Source: Naegleria gruberi (lineage: Eukaryota). From it: a stretch of 64,000 bases of DNA. Below the pieces are notes generated by a model, which saw nothing but the letters and a program-made list of their open reading frames with translations, made no database searches and was not told the origin of the DNA. The stretch lies in the NCBI GenBank assembly GCA_000004985.1, contig GG738922.1; one strand, written 5' to 3'. Position 1 is the first letter of the stretch. Each line of letters opens with the position of its first letter. Below, one piece after another: positions 51,701-63,181 of the stretch. A program made the translations under genes and the position numbers.

Positions 51701-53218
51701 ATGACTACTTCCCCAAATCATACGAAACTCAAGTTTATCGATTTAACCAAAGAGATTGAAGATTGTAGCAAGGATCAAAATCTATCCGTGTACCACTATC
51801 AAGCTGCAAACAGTGGTGGTCAATCAATGCATTCTGGTTCTCAGAGAAAGAAAATTAATAAGAGATTTAGAAATAATCCTGGCTTTGCATCCAATTTCTT
51901 CTTCTTTCCTTCAAGTGTTGCAGTGAATGGGAATACCTCAGCTAATATGGCCATCAACAAGGATGGATCTTGTGCTTCATCATCATCATCATCATCATGT
52001 TGTGATAACACTTCAACTGTTTCAACACCAACCCCAAGAAGGTGGAGTTTGCAAACTAAACAAAACGAAAAGATGGCAGCTGCCAATCCATGTGAAGGAG
52101 CTCCAGTAGTTGCATCACAACAAGATGAGAAGGGAAATGAAATGATAATGAATGAGGATACATGCCACCCTTCATCCATCCCTCCACAAAAGAAGAGTCC
52201 TCAATCTGCAACATCAAGAGGAAAGAGGCCACCTAAAGGTCGATTACAACGTAGATTTTCATGTAGTGATTATTTACCAACTAAAGGAAGCATGATGACA
52301 GAGCAAGATCTTGCCAGTATCGAAAGTATTTATTCACCAATGAGTTCCTATTGTATTACTCCAAACAGTCAATTTGTAAACTTTACATTCAGCTCTCCAG
52401 ATGCTCCATCCCAACCTTCTCCTCCAACTACTACAAATACAACAACAACATGTACAACAGTAATTAATGGCAGGTATGAGGGTACCTCCTCTGATGCTAT
52501 TGGAAACAATGATTTGGAGAAGGTGATAGAGTTTGAAGAAGAATGGGACTTTCTCGATCCAAACTCAAAGAAGAGAAGACCAAGCTTTGATATAAATCAA
52601 GATGAGATGGATAAACTATTCCACGCCTTCTCATTTGAACCTATTCAAGAGAATGATCATACTCCTCAATCTTCGTCAGGTGGTGCTGAATTCGATGGAA
52701 GTGAAATTCCAGCAACAGTTGATGAGATTAATCGTAATTGTATTGTAAAGAATTCTGAAGATCAACTCATGACAGATCAAGCACTAGTGCAAGATGGCTA
52801 TGTCAATTTATTGCAAGACATGTCAACTGGTAATGATCAAATAACAAGTGAAACTGAGCTCCTTTTCAATTCTCTGCCAGAAGAAATGAAACAACAATTA
52901 GTTTCCTTCTTTTTACTTCAAAGTAACAATGGTGAACAACCTTCTGCTGTTGTTTCCAATACAACTGAAGTTTCTTCTGATGAGCCAACTCAAGATTCTA
53001 CTGCAGAAACCAAAGAGAATGAAAAGAGATCCACCAGTACCACTCAAGAAATTGACAATATGCTGGAAAATGTTTCAGATCAACCACTATTTGAACCAAT
53101 CACTGAAATTGGATTATCAGAATTGAAAGAATTTGGTTTATTTGAAGATTTGGAAGAAGCTACTCTAAGAGCATCCAACTCTAACGACGATTTTGAGAAT
53201 TTCTTAAATAACTTGTAA
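51701..53218 (+). CDS. S/T/P-rich hypothetical protein with acidic C-terminal region
   Basis: ATG with A8 leader. 505-aa continuous ORF with an H6 run, poly-S and T-rich tracts, and an acidic C-terminus. No recognisable domain. Confidence 0.5.
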   Translation: MTTSPNHTKLKFIDLTKEIEDCSKDQNLSVYHYQAANSGGQSMHSGSQRKKINKRFRNNPGFASNFFFFPSSVAVNGNTSANMAINKDGSCASSSSSSSCCDNTSTVSTPTPRRWSLQTKQNEKMAAANPCEGAPVVASQQDEKGNEMIMNEDTCHPSSIPPQKKSPQSATSRGKRPPKGRLQRRFSCSDYLPTKGSMMTEQDLASIESIYSPMSSYCITPNSQFVNFTFSSPDAPSQPSPPTTTNTTTTCTTVINGRYEGTSSDAIGNNDLEKVIEFEEEWDFLDPNSKKRRPSFDINQDEMDKLFHAFSFEPIQENDHTPQSSSGGAEFDGSEIPATVDEINRNCIVKNSEDQLMTDQALVQDGYVNLLQDMSTGNDQITSETELLFNSLPEEMKQQLVSFFLLQSNNGEQPSAVVSNTTEVSSDEPTQDSTAETKENEKRSTSTTQEIDNMLENVSDQPLFEPITEIGLSELKEFGLFEDLEEATLRASNSNDDFENFLNNL

Positions 53219-53500
53219 ATAATAAACCTTGTAAAATAATAATCACCATCATACCACACCAATCAAATACTAATATCTGAATTTATTTCTAATAAAACTT
53301 TGTTCCTTCTTTTCCTCAATAGAACGTTGTTCCACTTCAATTACTTCTTCCATTAGCCTTCTAAAATAAAGCCACTTATCAACCATCGCACAGTAATCAT
53401 TAAAAAAAACTCACGACGCAATTTTTCTCAAGTCAAGTTGCTTGATGAAGTAAAAACAAGAAGAAAAGATAGAGATCATCATACAACAATAACAATCATT

Positions 53501-54521
53501 ATGGAACAACAATCAACCTCTGCTACACCTGGCAAACGTCAAGATTATGTACAATATACTCCTCAAATTGTAACTAATTATAATCAACAATATGGCCAAC
53601 AGCAAGAACAAGGTTTGGCATCACCATCACAAGAACACTATGAAGACTCGATGCTTGAATTGAAAGATGTCGATACACTTCCATCAAATTATGCCTTTGT
53701 CTCTCATCAAATTCCTCCTAATACTATGTACAACAATCAACAACCACCACAGCAAGTACCACAACAAGTCATCTATTTGCCTGCTGAAACTCAACAACGA
53801 GTCTATGAAACACCTTCTAACAATAATTATATTCACTCTGGAATGATTATGAATCCTAACGTTGTTCCTAACCATCATTTATCTCCATCATCATCAGCAG
53901 AACCTTCTTCCTTTATTATCAGCAAGTATACATCTTGGACAAGAGTTGTTATGGTATTTGCTATCCTCTTGGGTATCTATGGGTGTTTTGGTTTGGTATC
54001 ACAGTTGATATTGGTTTTCTCTTATTCAACCTTCTCTAGTGTTGAAGGTATTTCTGTGAACACATCTGTTATATCAATTATTGCTTCCTGTGTTAATTCA
54101 TTGATTGAAATTGGTGCTGGATCTGTTGGTGTTTGGTCAACTATTACAAAGAATCCAAAGCATAGAAAGAATACCACTATTGCTCATTTGGTTCTTCTTT
54201 CGTAAGTATTTGAATGATATTGATTTGTTAACCTTTGAAAGAATCGTTGTTCTTTACAATATCATCTATGGTATTATTGGTACTCTTGAAATGTTTTTCG
54301 GTGAGCAAACACAGGAAATTGCCAGTGCTGGACTTAACCCACAAAATTTAATAATTTTCTTAGTTTTTTCACTTTTATTATTTGTTTTAATGATTTTTGC
54401 TTGTTGTGGAAGTTGTATTGGATGTCAAGCTTATCGTTTCAGAATTATGTCAAAATTACAAGATGCTCAACCAGAAATAGCTCAAGGAGAAGGATTTATG
54501 GTCATGCGTGATGAAGTTTAA
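53501..54521 (+). CDS. four-TM integral membrane protein with Q/P-rich N-terminal region; 2 exons (53501..54201, 54242..54521)
   Basis: True ATG is at 53501 (MEQQSTS..); the track start at 53438 is non-ATG. TM helices VVMVFAILLGIYGCFGLV, ISVNTSVISIIASCVNSLIEIGAG, IVVLYNIIYGIIGTL and LIIFLVFSLLLFVLMIFACCGSCIGC. Exon 1 ends ..LLLS at TC|GTAAGT. A 40-nt intron to tttgaaag|A continues the frame of track ORF 54105..54521. Confidence 0.6.
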
Positions 54522-54526
54522 ATAAA

Positions 54527-56272
54527 TTACTGAATTAGTGAGGATAATCTTAATTTCATTTTGAGAGCCTCTTCCTTTGATTTTTGAGTCATTGGATTGG
54601 TCTGTAAATTTAAATGTTTAAGACTTGGAAAATTGGAACTAAGCGTTTCAATTAAAACACTAACCCTGGTAATGGCATTCATACCACAATTCAAGGTGGA
54701 AAGGAGAGGAAATTTTTGTTGTGAAAAACAAGCAAATTCTTCTGTTCCAATATCATTGTTTGACAAATCTAACAATCCCAATTTTGGTAATGCATTAAAC
54801 GAAACTCCTTTCAAATATTTTCCTATTTGATTGGATCTCAATAGGAGAAATGTTAAACCTTTGAGTGTTGTATTATTAAGGTAAGTGATTCCTTCTCCAA
54901 TTTGATTAAAGTTCATTATTAAAATGTGCAATTTTGTAGTATTTCCTAAGAATAAAGCCTTTGCTCCTTCTGCTCCAACGTTGTTACTACTAATATTAAG
55001 TGTTTTCAATTTAAGAAGAGATCCACTAGAAATATATTCCATTGATTGGTATGTTAATTCGTTACCAGCAACACTAAGGTTAGTTAAATTGGAAAGTTTG
55101 GTAGTTATGGTTTTTACATTTGTATCACACAACTTATTATTAGCCACATCTAGAGAGGTTAATTGAGTTCTTGTGGAAATTAGCTCAATACTCTCTGTTG
55201 TAAGATTTGAGAGAGCTACGTGCAACGTTTTGAGATTATTATTCAACACCAGAGAAATGAGGTCATTAGTCAAGATATTTCTTGCAGAGAAATGAGTCAC
55301 CTTGCTAATCGGTAGAGTTGAAGAAAGTATTGTATGACCATGGTTCGAGTTTTTTTCAATGTTAATAGATTCAATATTGTCCATAAATAGTAGGGACAAA
55401 ATTCCAAGAGTTTCAAGAGAATTGTGTGCTATATTCAATACTTTCAAATGGGCATTCATAGACTTGGCAATCATATCGGCACCTTCATTTGTAACTTGAT
55501 TTATGCGAATATCAAGTGAAGAGAGTTTGAAATTGGCTAATTTACACAAACATTCAATGGCTCCATCATTCAGGTTTGAATTATCTACTCTTAGTTTTGT
55601 CAAATTTTCCAACTTTCCCTTGCATATATTCTCCATAGCAGCAACTGACACATCAATATCAGATAGATTAAGACTGGTTAGAGAGCTCAATAGTGCAACA
55701 TTTTTACAACCCTCCACAGAAATATTATTTCCACCCAAATTCAAATGAGCTAATTTTCCACAAGTCGTAGCAGCAAAGCACATTGTTCCTTCATCATTAA
55801 TCTTTACATTGGTACACTCCAATCTTTCCAATTCCACCAAATTCCCACTCATCAAATATTCCAATCCTTCATTCCCAATCGAATTGTGACTCACATTAAG
55901 AATCCTCAAAAACCTCAATTCCTTCGCCAAGTAATAACAAGCTCCCGAATCAATTCTATTACTACTAATATTCAATTCTTTCAAATTGACTAATCCTGCA
56001 GACAATAACTCTATACTCTTCCTACCAATTTTATTTCCTTCCAAATCCAAACGATGAATATTAGAAGCATACTCTGTACAAGCCTTCATAATCTTTGTGC
56101 CCATGTAATCATCAAGATCCATCCGAGGACTCACCAAGTCAATATCTAATTCTGTTTGATTAATGATGGATTGCCAATATTTGCAAACTAGTAGACAATT
56201 TGACAATACTTGGATGGACGGAAGGTATTGGAAAATGTGGTGCTTGAATATTTCATCGGGTAATTGTTGCAT
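54527..56272 (-). CDS. F-box/LRR protein with ribonuclease-inhibitor-like leucine-rich repeats
   Basis: ATG at 56272 (A9 leader). LPDEIFKHHIFQYLPSIQVLSNCLLVCKYWQSIIN is a clear F-box. About 18 LRRs of the 24-28-aa L..L.L..N.I...G RI-like type follow (LNLGGNNISVEGCKNVA, LDVANNKLCDTNVKTI, LSVAGNELTYQSMEYI). Confidence 0.7.
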   Translation of the reverse strand: MQQLPDEIFKHHIFQYLPSIQVLSNCLLVCKYWQSIINQTELDIDLVSPRMDLDDYMGTKIMKACTEYASNIHRLDLEGNKIGRKSIELLSAGLVNLKELNISSNRIDSGACYYLAKELRFLRILNVSHNSIGNEGLEYLMSGNLVELERLECTNVKINDEGTMCFAATTCGKLAHLNLGGNNISVEGCKNVALLSSLTSLNLSDIDVSVAAMENICKGKLENLTKLRVDNSNLNDGAIECLCKLANFKLSSLDIRINQVTNEGADMIAKSMNAHLKVLNIAHNSLETLGILSLLFMDNIESINIEKNSNHGHTILSSTLPISKVTHFSARNILTNDLISLVLNNNLKTLHVALSNLTTESIELISTRTQLTSLDVANNKLCDTNVKTITTKLSNLTNLSVAGNELTYQSMEYISSGSLLKLKTLNISSNNVGAEGAKALFLGNTTKLHILIMNFNQIGEGITYLNNTTLKGLTFLLLRSNQIGKYLKGVSFNALPKLGLLDLSNNDIGTEEFACFSQQKFPLLSTLNCGMNAITRVSVLIETLSSNFPSLKHLNLQTNPMTQKSKEEALKMKLRLSSLIQ

Positions 56273-56322
56273 TTTTTTTTAAATATTAAATTTAAATATT
56301 TAAATAATTGTAAATTTTTGAA

Positions 56323-57279
56323 TTATTCAAGTTTGATGAATTGAATTCTCTTATTTTCCCAATCAGCAATAAGAATTTCACTTCTTTCCGAATTGAAACA
56401 AATTCCTTCTGGTAAAGCAAATCGTTCATTACAATTTCCCTTCTCTAAACTTCCAATTGATTGCAGTAATTGACCATTTTCAGAGTTAAATAATTGAATT
56501 CGATGATTATCTGTCACGAGACACATATTTTCAATGGCACATATTCCTCTAGGACAGTTCAATTCACTTTTTGAAGAGAATTGTCTTTTGAATTGACCAT
56601 CCAAAGTGAGAACTTGAACTAGACCGTTATTGTGATCTGCAATGAATAGTTCATTGGAGAATTTGGAAATTCCAACAGGTCTATCAAATTTTCCATCACC
56701 TTTTTCAGAGCCAAAACTCTTTGTAAATTGCCCATTTTCTGGATTTAAACAGTCAATTCTGTTATTTCCTGAATTACAGACAAGTAATTGCTTTCCTAAA
56801 TTTGAATTTTCATCCGAATCGATTAATATCAAACCACGAGGAAAGTAAAATTTATCAGTTCCGTATTTTTCCTTTGGTGATCCAGCTGTCCAAACCAATT
56901 TCATTCCATCATATTTGTTTTTTGAATTTTCCACAATTTTCACTTGATTTTCAATTGCTAATGATGATTGAATTAAATCATCGAGAGAAATTACAAATTT
57001 ATGAACGGTATTACTTCTACATGTTACATAAATTTCACATGATTCCAAAGTTGTTTCTACTGACGATGATAATTGATTAATTTCCACATAGTAGGGAATG
57101 CTCGGAGTCTTACATGATGAAAGTAAAATCCTTGAATTTAAATCATAAATACGAATGCAAGATTTATCATAATCAGTGATGAATAGGAATGATTTTTGCT
57201 GATGAGGAGGACGGCAGTGCATTATTTTCACATCTGTTGGTCGGAATGTGAGAGAAAACGTATCAATGTGTGAAATCAT
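56323..57279 (-). CDS. NHL-repeat beta-propeller protein
   Basis: ATG at 57279. Repeats with NHL signature: LFIADHNNGLVQVLTLDGQFKRQF, LVTDNHRIQLFNSENGQLLQSIG, ILIADWENKRIQFIKL, GKFDRPVGIS. 318 aa. Confidence 0.6.
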   Translation of the reverse strand: MISHIDTFSLTFRPTDVKIMHCRPPHQQKSFLFITDYDKSCIRIYDLNSRILLSSCKTPSIPYYVEINQLSSSVETTLESCEIYVTCRSNTVHKFVISLDDLIQSSLAIENQVKIVENSKNKYDGMKLVWTAGSPKEKYGTDKFYFPRGLILIDSDENSNLGKQLLVCNSGNNRIDCLNPENGQFTKSFGSEKGDGKFDRPVGISKFSNELFIADHNNGLVQVLTLDGQFKRQFSSKSELNCPRGICAIENMCLVTDNHRIQLFNSENGQLLQSIGSLEKGNCNERFALPEGICFNSERSEILIADWENKRIQFIKLE

Positions 57280-57352
57280 TTTTTTCTATTCGATTTTTTC
57301 AATTTTTCTTAAATTTCCAATTCTTCTTGAATTTCAAGCGAGTTGTTCTCCC

Positions 57353-58441
57353 TTATTTTCGCTGAATGGTTTGTAGGAGCTGTTCAAGGACCCTTCTCTT
57401 CACAAGAAAAGCATCTCCTGCTTTTGCCATATATTTCAATATATTCTGCTGATGTTCTTGTTCATTGTTGAGAATGTATGCTTCGGGATGCCACTGAATT
57501 CCAATGATGGGAACTCCAAATTTTGTTTCAAATGCCTCTATGGAATAATCTGGAATGGAAAGTGCTGAAATATCGACTATATTCTCAAGTGGGCTGTTTT
57601 TTGGCAGTTGAGGAGCCATCCAATGGATTGAATTTACAGAAATTGCATGACTTTCATCGACTATTTTTTCATTCGCTGATTTTCCATACATTGAGGATTT
57701 CAATATGGTACACTCAGGTATTCTAATATCTAAATCAATATCATTAGCTTCATGTTGCAAAATAATGCCATGACCAACTTGCTGATGTTTTATCGTTCCA
57801 TTAGAATCCAAATTAATCATTCCACTGGCATGTTGAACATCCGAATTGATGTTTGAAACTGAACCACCCAAGAATTCCCACAATCTCCAACTCCCAGAAC
57901 AAATACATAACACTGGTTGACCAATCAACATGGCCTTTCTAATAACATTTCTCTCAAATTCAAATCTAAATATCATTGAAGGATCATTTTCCATAATCTT
58001 CAAATGTCCTACAACAACCAACAACCCAATTTCATGATCTATTTCCTTCAACCTTAATGAAAAATCACGAATCATTGGCAATCCATGTCTCCTCTTATTT
58101 TCCGAATGATATTTCAATGTCAAATTTTCATTCTTCTCCAAATAGTCCATCATGATTTTTCTAATTCCCTCCGAATAATTAACTACCTTACCATTCATTG
58201 GTTTTATCATAGTGGCTACATATTTTACATTTCTATTATTATTATTATTCATATTATTATTATTATTATTAATATTTTGATTCGGATTAGAAAAATTTTG
58301 TAATAATTCGTAAATTAATTTCGCGTCGTGTGATGAAGGTTTAAGGGAACAAGTGGCTCGTTTTGTAGCATGTTGTATGGTGTAGTGATCGTAGAACATG
58401 CCCTTTCCGTGCCCATCATCACGATAGCAAATACCAATCAT
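57353..58441 (-). CDS. class I glutamine amidotransferase-like / peptidase C26 family protein
   Basis: ATG at 58441 (A-run leader). Nucleophile-elbow QPVLCICSGSWRLWE (G-x-C-x-G) and C-terminal GIQWHPE (His-Pro-Glu of the GATase1 triad). N-run insertion (NNNNNNMNNNNN). Confidence 0.6.
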   Translation of the reverse strand: MIGICYRDDGHGKGMFYDHYTIQHATKRATCSLKPSSHDAKLIYELLQNFSNPNQNINNNNNNMNNNNNRNVKYVATMIKPMNGKVVNYSEGIRKIMMDYLEKNENLTLKYHSENKRRHGLPMIRDFSLRLKEIDHEIGLLVVVGHLKIMENDPSMIFRFEFERNVIRKAMLIGQPVLCICSGSWRLWEFLGGSVSNINSDVQHASGMINLDSNGTIKHQQVGHGIILQHEANDIDLDIRIPECTILKSSMYGKSANEKIVDESHAISVNSIHWMAPQLPKNSPLENIVDISALSIPDYSIEAFETKFGVPIIGIQWHPEAYILNNEQEHQQNILKYMAKAGDAFLVKRRVLEQLLQTIQRK

Positions 58442-58576
58442 TTTTTTTTAAAATTTCAAATTTGAAATTGAAAATGTTTACAAAAATTGAAACCCATTCC
58501 AAGAAGAATTGAGAATAAATTGAGAATTTTATTCTCTCAATGACACTGTACAAATAATAATTATTGGTGTTGTAAC

Positions 58577-59820
58577 TTAATTACGAATGGCATCCAAATC
58601 ATAATCAGTAGCAGCCAATGGAATGGTCTTTTCTTCAGTCAAAAAGTGTTGAACTTCTCTGAATAAAGCCATTCTATTCTTTTCCAATAAAACTTGATGG
58701 GTTCCTTCTGGAATTTGGACGAATTTCTTATATGGAACTTGAGTAAGATTCTTGAAATATCCAAGAGACATGTCAATGTTCAAATCAGCATCCCATTCAG
58801 CACGGATAACCAAAACTGGCATATTGAGCTTGGTTGAGTTGTAAATATTAATACTGTTGAACCAATATTCATTGTTATCATAAACTAACAAGTTTCTAAC
58901 AAACTTTCTAATAAAAATCAAACTTACCAATACCAGTTGGAGTAGAGAGATATTTCACACCCTTTTCATTAACCAAAGCTTTAGCAAAAGTGACACTTTC
59001 CCAAATTTCATACCAACCAGCTGGGATGATTGAATTTTGCTTATCAGCAGCGACACCAGTCAACCAAGAGGCACGTCTTCCTTCAATGGTTGTGTTACGA
59101 TAACTTCCAGAAACTTTAGTTTGGAAATTTCTGTACCATTGAGGAGCATAGATAACCAAACGATTGGTCAATTCTGGATAGTTGGTGGCAAAGGTGGTGG
59201 CAATGGAAGTTCCCCAGGACCAACCCATAATGTTCATCTTGGAAATATCTGAATAACGGATTAGAAAATCTGTTTCTGTCAGAATTCAACTTACTTCTAC
59301 GTCTCAAAATATATTTGACAGCTGTGGCATAATCATCAGCAGCAGTTGTGGTTCTGACAATTGGCTCACCAGTATTAGCTGGTCTGGTAGAATCACCATA
59401 ACCTCTAACATTAATAAAGTAAGTATCATAACCTTGCATAGCCATGAAATCCATCTTTTCAAATTGGTAAATAATATGAAATAAAGGATTTTAACATACC
59501 CAGCTCATACCACCAAGAACCAAATCATAACTAGTTTCAGATGGATAAGTAGCACCATGAACAAACAAGACAACGTTATCTGGTGAATACTTTTTAGTAC
59601 TTGGCTTTCTCTTATTTCTCATTTGCAAGAGAATATTCGAATCATCTTGAGCACGAATAAAGAAATCAGCTTGAATGACCTTTTCGTTATTGAAAGCAGC
59701 AACAGGAACCCTCTTTTCAACATAGTTGACTTCTTCTCTTGGTTTGCTTGAAGTAGCAAGAACCAAAGATGCCAAAACCAACACAACTGTCAAGGCAACA
59801 AATTGTGGACGAGAAAACAT
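58577..59820 (-). CDS. secreted alpha/beta-hydrolase fold serine hydrolase (esterase/peptidase-like); 4 exons (59500..59820, 59295..59454, 58928..59248, 58577..58884)
   Basis: ATG at 59820 (A8 leader) with a signal peptide. Oxyanion VVLFVHGATY, nucleophile elbow IMGWSWGTS (G-x-S-x-G) and a His region PEGTHQVLLE. Introns of 45, 46 and 43 nt have GTATGT/GTAAGT donors and AG acceptors in consistent phase. Track ORFs 59491..59820, 59116..59454, 58908..59237 and 58577..58930 are the exons. Confidence 0.7.
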
Positions 59821-60715
59821 TTTTTTTTATGAATGATGACTGGAAGGTGAAATGTTGCACATGTTAAAAAGTGGATCTTTGGTGATGGGTATGAGCAAGA
59901 GATCTGACCATTTATTGTCCTTCCCTACTAAATTATGAAGAGTTCTCCAAATATGGTTGTATTGTAAAAATGTGAAATGGAAAAAATGTACGAAATTGAA
60001 TTTGAGTGCAACCAATCAATACTAGCGCAAATATTGAAGAATTATTGTTTTGGAAGTTGGTAAACATTATGAGTAGCAACTGCTCGAATAGTTTGAAAAA
60101 TAAATTCAGAAAAAGAAAGAGATGGAAATTGTAAAGTTTTAAAGATCATTTGCTATTGAATTGGCAACTGTAGACAGTGCTAATGATTGTTAGTGTTGGT
60201 TTGGCACGTTTACAATTAAGTTTTATTATTGGAAACAACAGAACACAATATTGAATTTGGTGGTGACTTCTTTAATGAGAAGGAGCACCAGTATGAGAAA
60301 AAGTGGCTAAATGCATGGAATGCACACTCAAAAGTATGAAGAACTTACATCTCTTAAATAGATTTCATAGTAAAAGAATCTTTAGAAAATTATTTGATAG
60401 AGTTTACAATTAGAAGAAAAAAGATGTTAAAATTTTTTTATTGGTCAGACGATATTATTTGCTATGTTGTCTTGCATTGAATCTTCGCTTTTTCCAACTC
60501 AGATGCTTCCTAGTTCAAATGATGAATCAATAGCGACTGTTTATCCAACTACACCAATCTTGTAAACCATCAATGAATTACCATTTTGCTTACTAGAAAA
60601 GTATCGTTCCATAATTGCCAAAAAGGTATTCCAGTCCGAGTGTTCAATGTTAATTGAAACAAGGCCAACTTTAAGGAAATAAAACCTATTAAGGTTCGTT
60701 TTTAATGATTGTGTA

Positions 60716-60788
60716 GCCCGTCTAGCTCAGTCGGTAGAGCGCAAGGCTCTTAACCTTGTGGTCGTGGGTTCGACCCCCACGGTGGGCG
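60716..60788 (+). tRNA. tRNA-Lys (anticodon CUU)
   Basis: GCCCGTCTAGCTCAGTCGGTAGAGCGCAAGGCTCTTAACCTTGTGGTCGTGGGTTCGACCCCCACGGTGGGCG is near-identical in architecture to eukaryotic tRNA-Lys-CTT. 7-bp acceptor, anticodon loop CU-CUU-AA, TTCGA T-loop. Confidence 0.9.
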
Positions 60789-60824
60789 AATTACATTTTA
60801 GTTTTACAAAATCTACGTTTAATC

Positions 60825-62168
60825 TTAAATTATTTTAATATCTGAAAATGAAAAGAACTCTCGATTTCCATTATTTTTCTTCAAATTTTCATAGAAATAT
60901 TTGAGACACTTGCTTTCCAAAATCTTTTTCTTGTAAAGAACAAAGTGCCATCCTCCACATTCAATACTATTGGTTTCCAATGTTGGTAGTAGCTCCTCTG
61001 GTCCAAACTTATGATAAATGCAATAGATTGTGTTTGGTTTAGAACTATCTGTAAATGGAGTCTTGACAGCAAAGGAAGAGACAGGATCACCAACTATTAC
61101 AAAAGCATCCTTATTAATGAATACAGTGGCAATGGATGAGCATGTAATTCTTGTGGGCTGAAAGATTTTACTATTCTGGGAGTCATATGGAAGTAATGGA
61201 AAGTCAATCTTGATGAAATACTGATCTGAACCGACAACTCCACATTGGAAATAACCATTATAACCTGAAAATATATTCCATATTACAAATTAATTAATAA
61301 ACTAATACCTACCACACATGTAAACCTCTCCACTCTCCAATAAAACACTCGTATGGAAATATCCACATTTAATTTGATCAATTCTTTTGCCTTGAAATGG
61401 AGTTTTAAGTTGACTGAAAACTTCACTTGGTTGTCCACTTTGAGATAAAAATTGATCATCACCATGACATAGAATTTGGTGAGATCCATCTTGTTCTTCA
61501 TAAACAACAAATGAAGATCTTCCACTTAGTGCAGAGGTCACATATTTCTTATCTTTGAAATCTAAATTCAATTTCAATTCTTCCGAATAAATGGTTGAAT
61601 CTGTTGAGAAATAATAAATCACATCATCTGTTCCACGAATAAGGAAATGAAAAGATAGAGGTCCACATATAATTTCTCTAATTCCAATTTGATTTTCCAC
61701 AAACTTTTTGAGATGGAAAACCCTTTCTGATGAAGTATCAAATCTAATGACCAAATTATTCTTCATTTGCAATAGTACACCTACTTGATTGCAATATACA
61801 TCTTCCACCTGATAACAATTTCCCAATTTCAATTCATCAATTGTCGACTTGTAATCCAACCAAAATGTGGAATGGCACTCGCTTTCTGTTGAACTGTTTT
61901 TGATGGGTTTGAAATAATTGCATTGATTTGACTTGGCTGTTGCAAACTTGATGTACAATTTCTCTACGTGTGATTCATGAAAATTGAGTTTTGGCCACAA
62001 TCTCACCACAAAAAAATTTCCACCACAACTAATTTTCCTCACCTCTGTTGAATAATTGCTATTCGGAATAGGATGAAGAAAATAGGGTTCCCATTTAGGC
62101 ATAGGTACATGAATACCACTGGTTGGTTGGATGCCCAAAGTTAGCAAAGGAATAGTATTGTTCATCAT
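60825..62168 (-). CDS. RCC1-like repeat protein; 2 exons (61313..62168, 60825..61264), intron 61265..61312
   Basis: ATG ATG at 62168. Exon 1 ends ..CGYFHTSVLLESGEVYMC-G|GTAGGT. A 48-nt intron to ttttcag|GT gives ..MCGYNGYFQCGV.. (RCC1 blade motif C-G-x-N-x-x-G-Q-x-G) and ..IECGGWHFVLYKK.. Stop TAA at 60825-27. Track ORFs 61302..62168 and 60881..61093 are parts of it. Confidence 0.6.
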
Positions 62169-63181
62169 CTTTAATCATGATAAATAAATGGATGATAAAA
62201 TTGTGATTTTTTTTTTGCTGTTCGAAACGGACGAAAGCTGAGTAACAGTTCTATTGGTTGTAATAATTACAGGAATAAAGTTTTAACAACATTGTTGCTT
62301 TTCATTGTCAAATTCCACTGGAATGAACATGATCAGGAAATGATAGTAGAGGAACAATGTATAAATTCCTTGTGGAAGCTATCTAGCGATACCATTGTAA
62401 TTCACACATCGTCTTTAATCCAATTTTGCGCATTCAAACCATTTACCTTAGTAGCTATTTACCCCAAGTTCATTCAATTCATTTATTCTACGATTCATAA
62501 TACCTAATAAAATACGCGTAATAAGATAAGACTCAACAAATGATTAGTGATCGCTCTTTCAAATTTCAAGAAACATGAAGTTCTCAACTGTAGTCCTTAA
62601 TTATAATAATAACAAGAAAAAAAAGGATTCGCCAATGCAGTCCATACTTCTTTCTAATTTCGTAATCGAAAGGCCTTGTTACTAATCTTCTGGATTAGAG
62701 CAATGAAATATTTGAATAGCATTTGGTTAAAATGAGCAAACAGATGAAATATTGCTTTCATGAAGAGTACATGTCTTTCTTTTCAATATTTTGTTTCGTA
62801 TTTCACCAGACTATTCTTGAGTTTTAACACAATCTCAAAGAACCAGGTCTACGTACAATGCAGTCCGTGATCCTCAATTCACCGATTGCATTGACCAGAT
62901 AAGGCCTGTCAGTGTCTTCGAAAATGTGTCAAGTCACGACAAGCGAAAAAATCCTCACCTTTTTTGCATGAGGTTGTTCCTTATCTTGAAGAAGAATGAA
63001 TAGTGGAAAGTGATTAATTCATTAAAGGGGCATGGGTTGAAAGTAATGATGCAGTCAGTACTCAGTAGTAGGTAGTATTATCTACGCATCGATGCCATCC
63101 ATCATTCTACCTTTTAAAAAAAACGACAACAAATCCCATCAACAAACATAAACCTCGTTACGAGTAGTATTCAAGGAAAAT

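Noticed and set aside
62800-63010. GC-richer segment with a small hairpin (CCTCACC-T6-GCATGAGG) upstream of the lectin/EGF gene
   Set aside because: No resemblance to U1/U2/U4/U5/U6 or tRNA that I could recognise. Possibly promoter or 5'UTR. Left unannotated.
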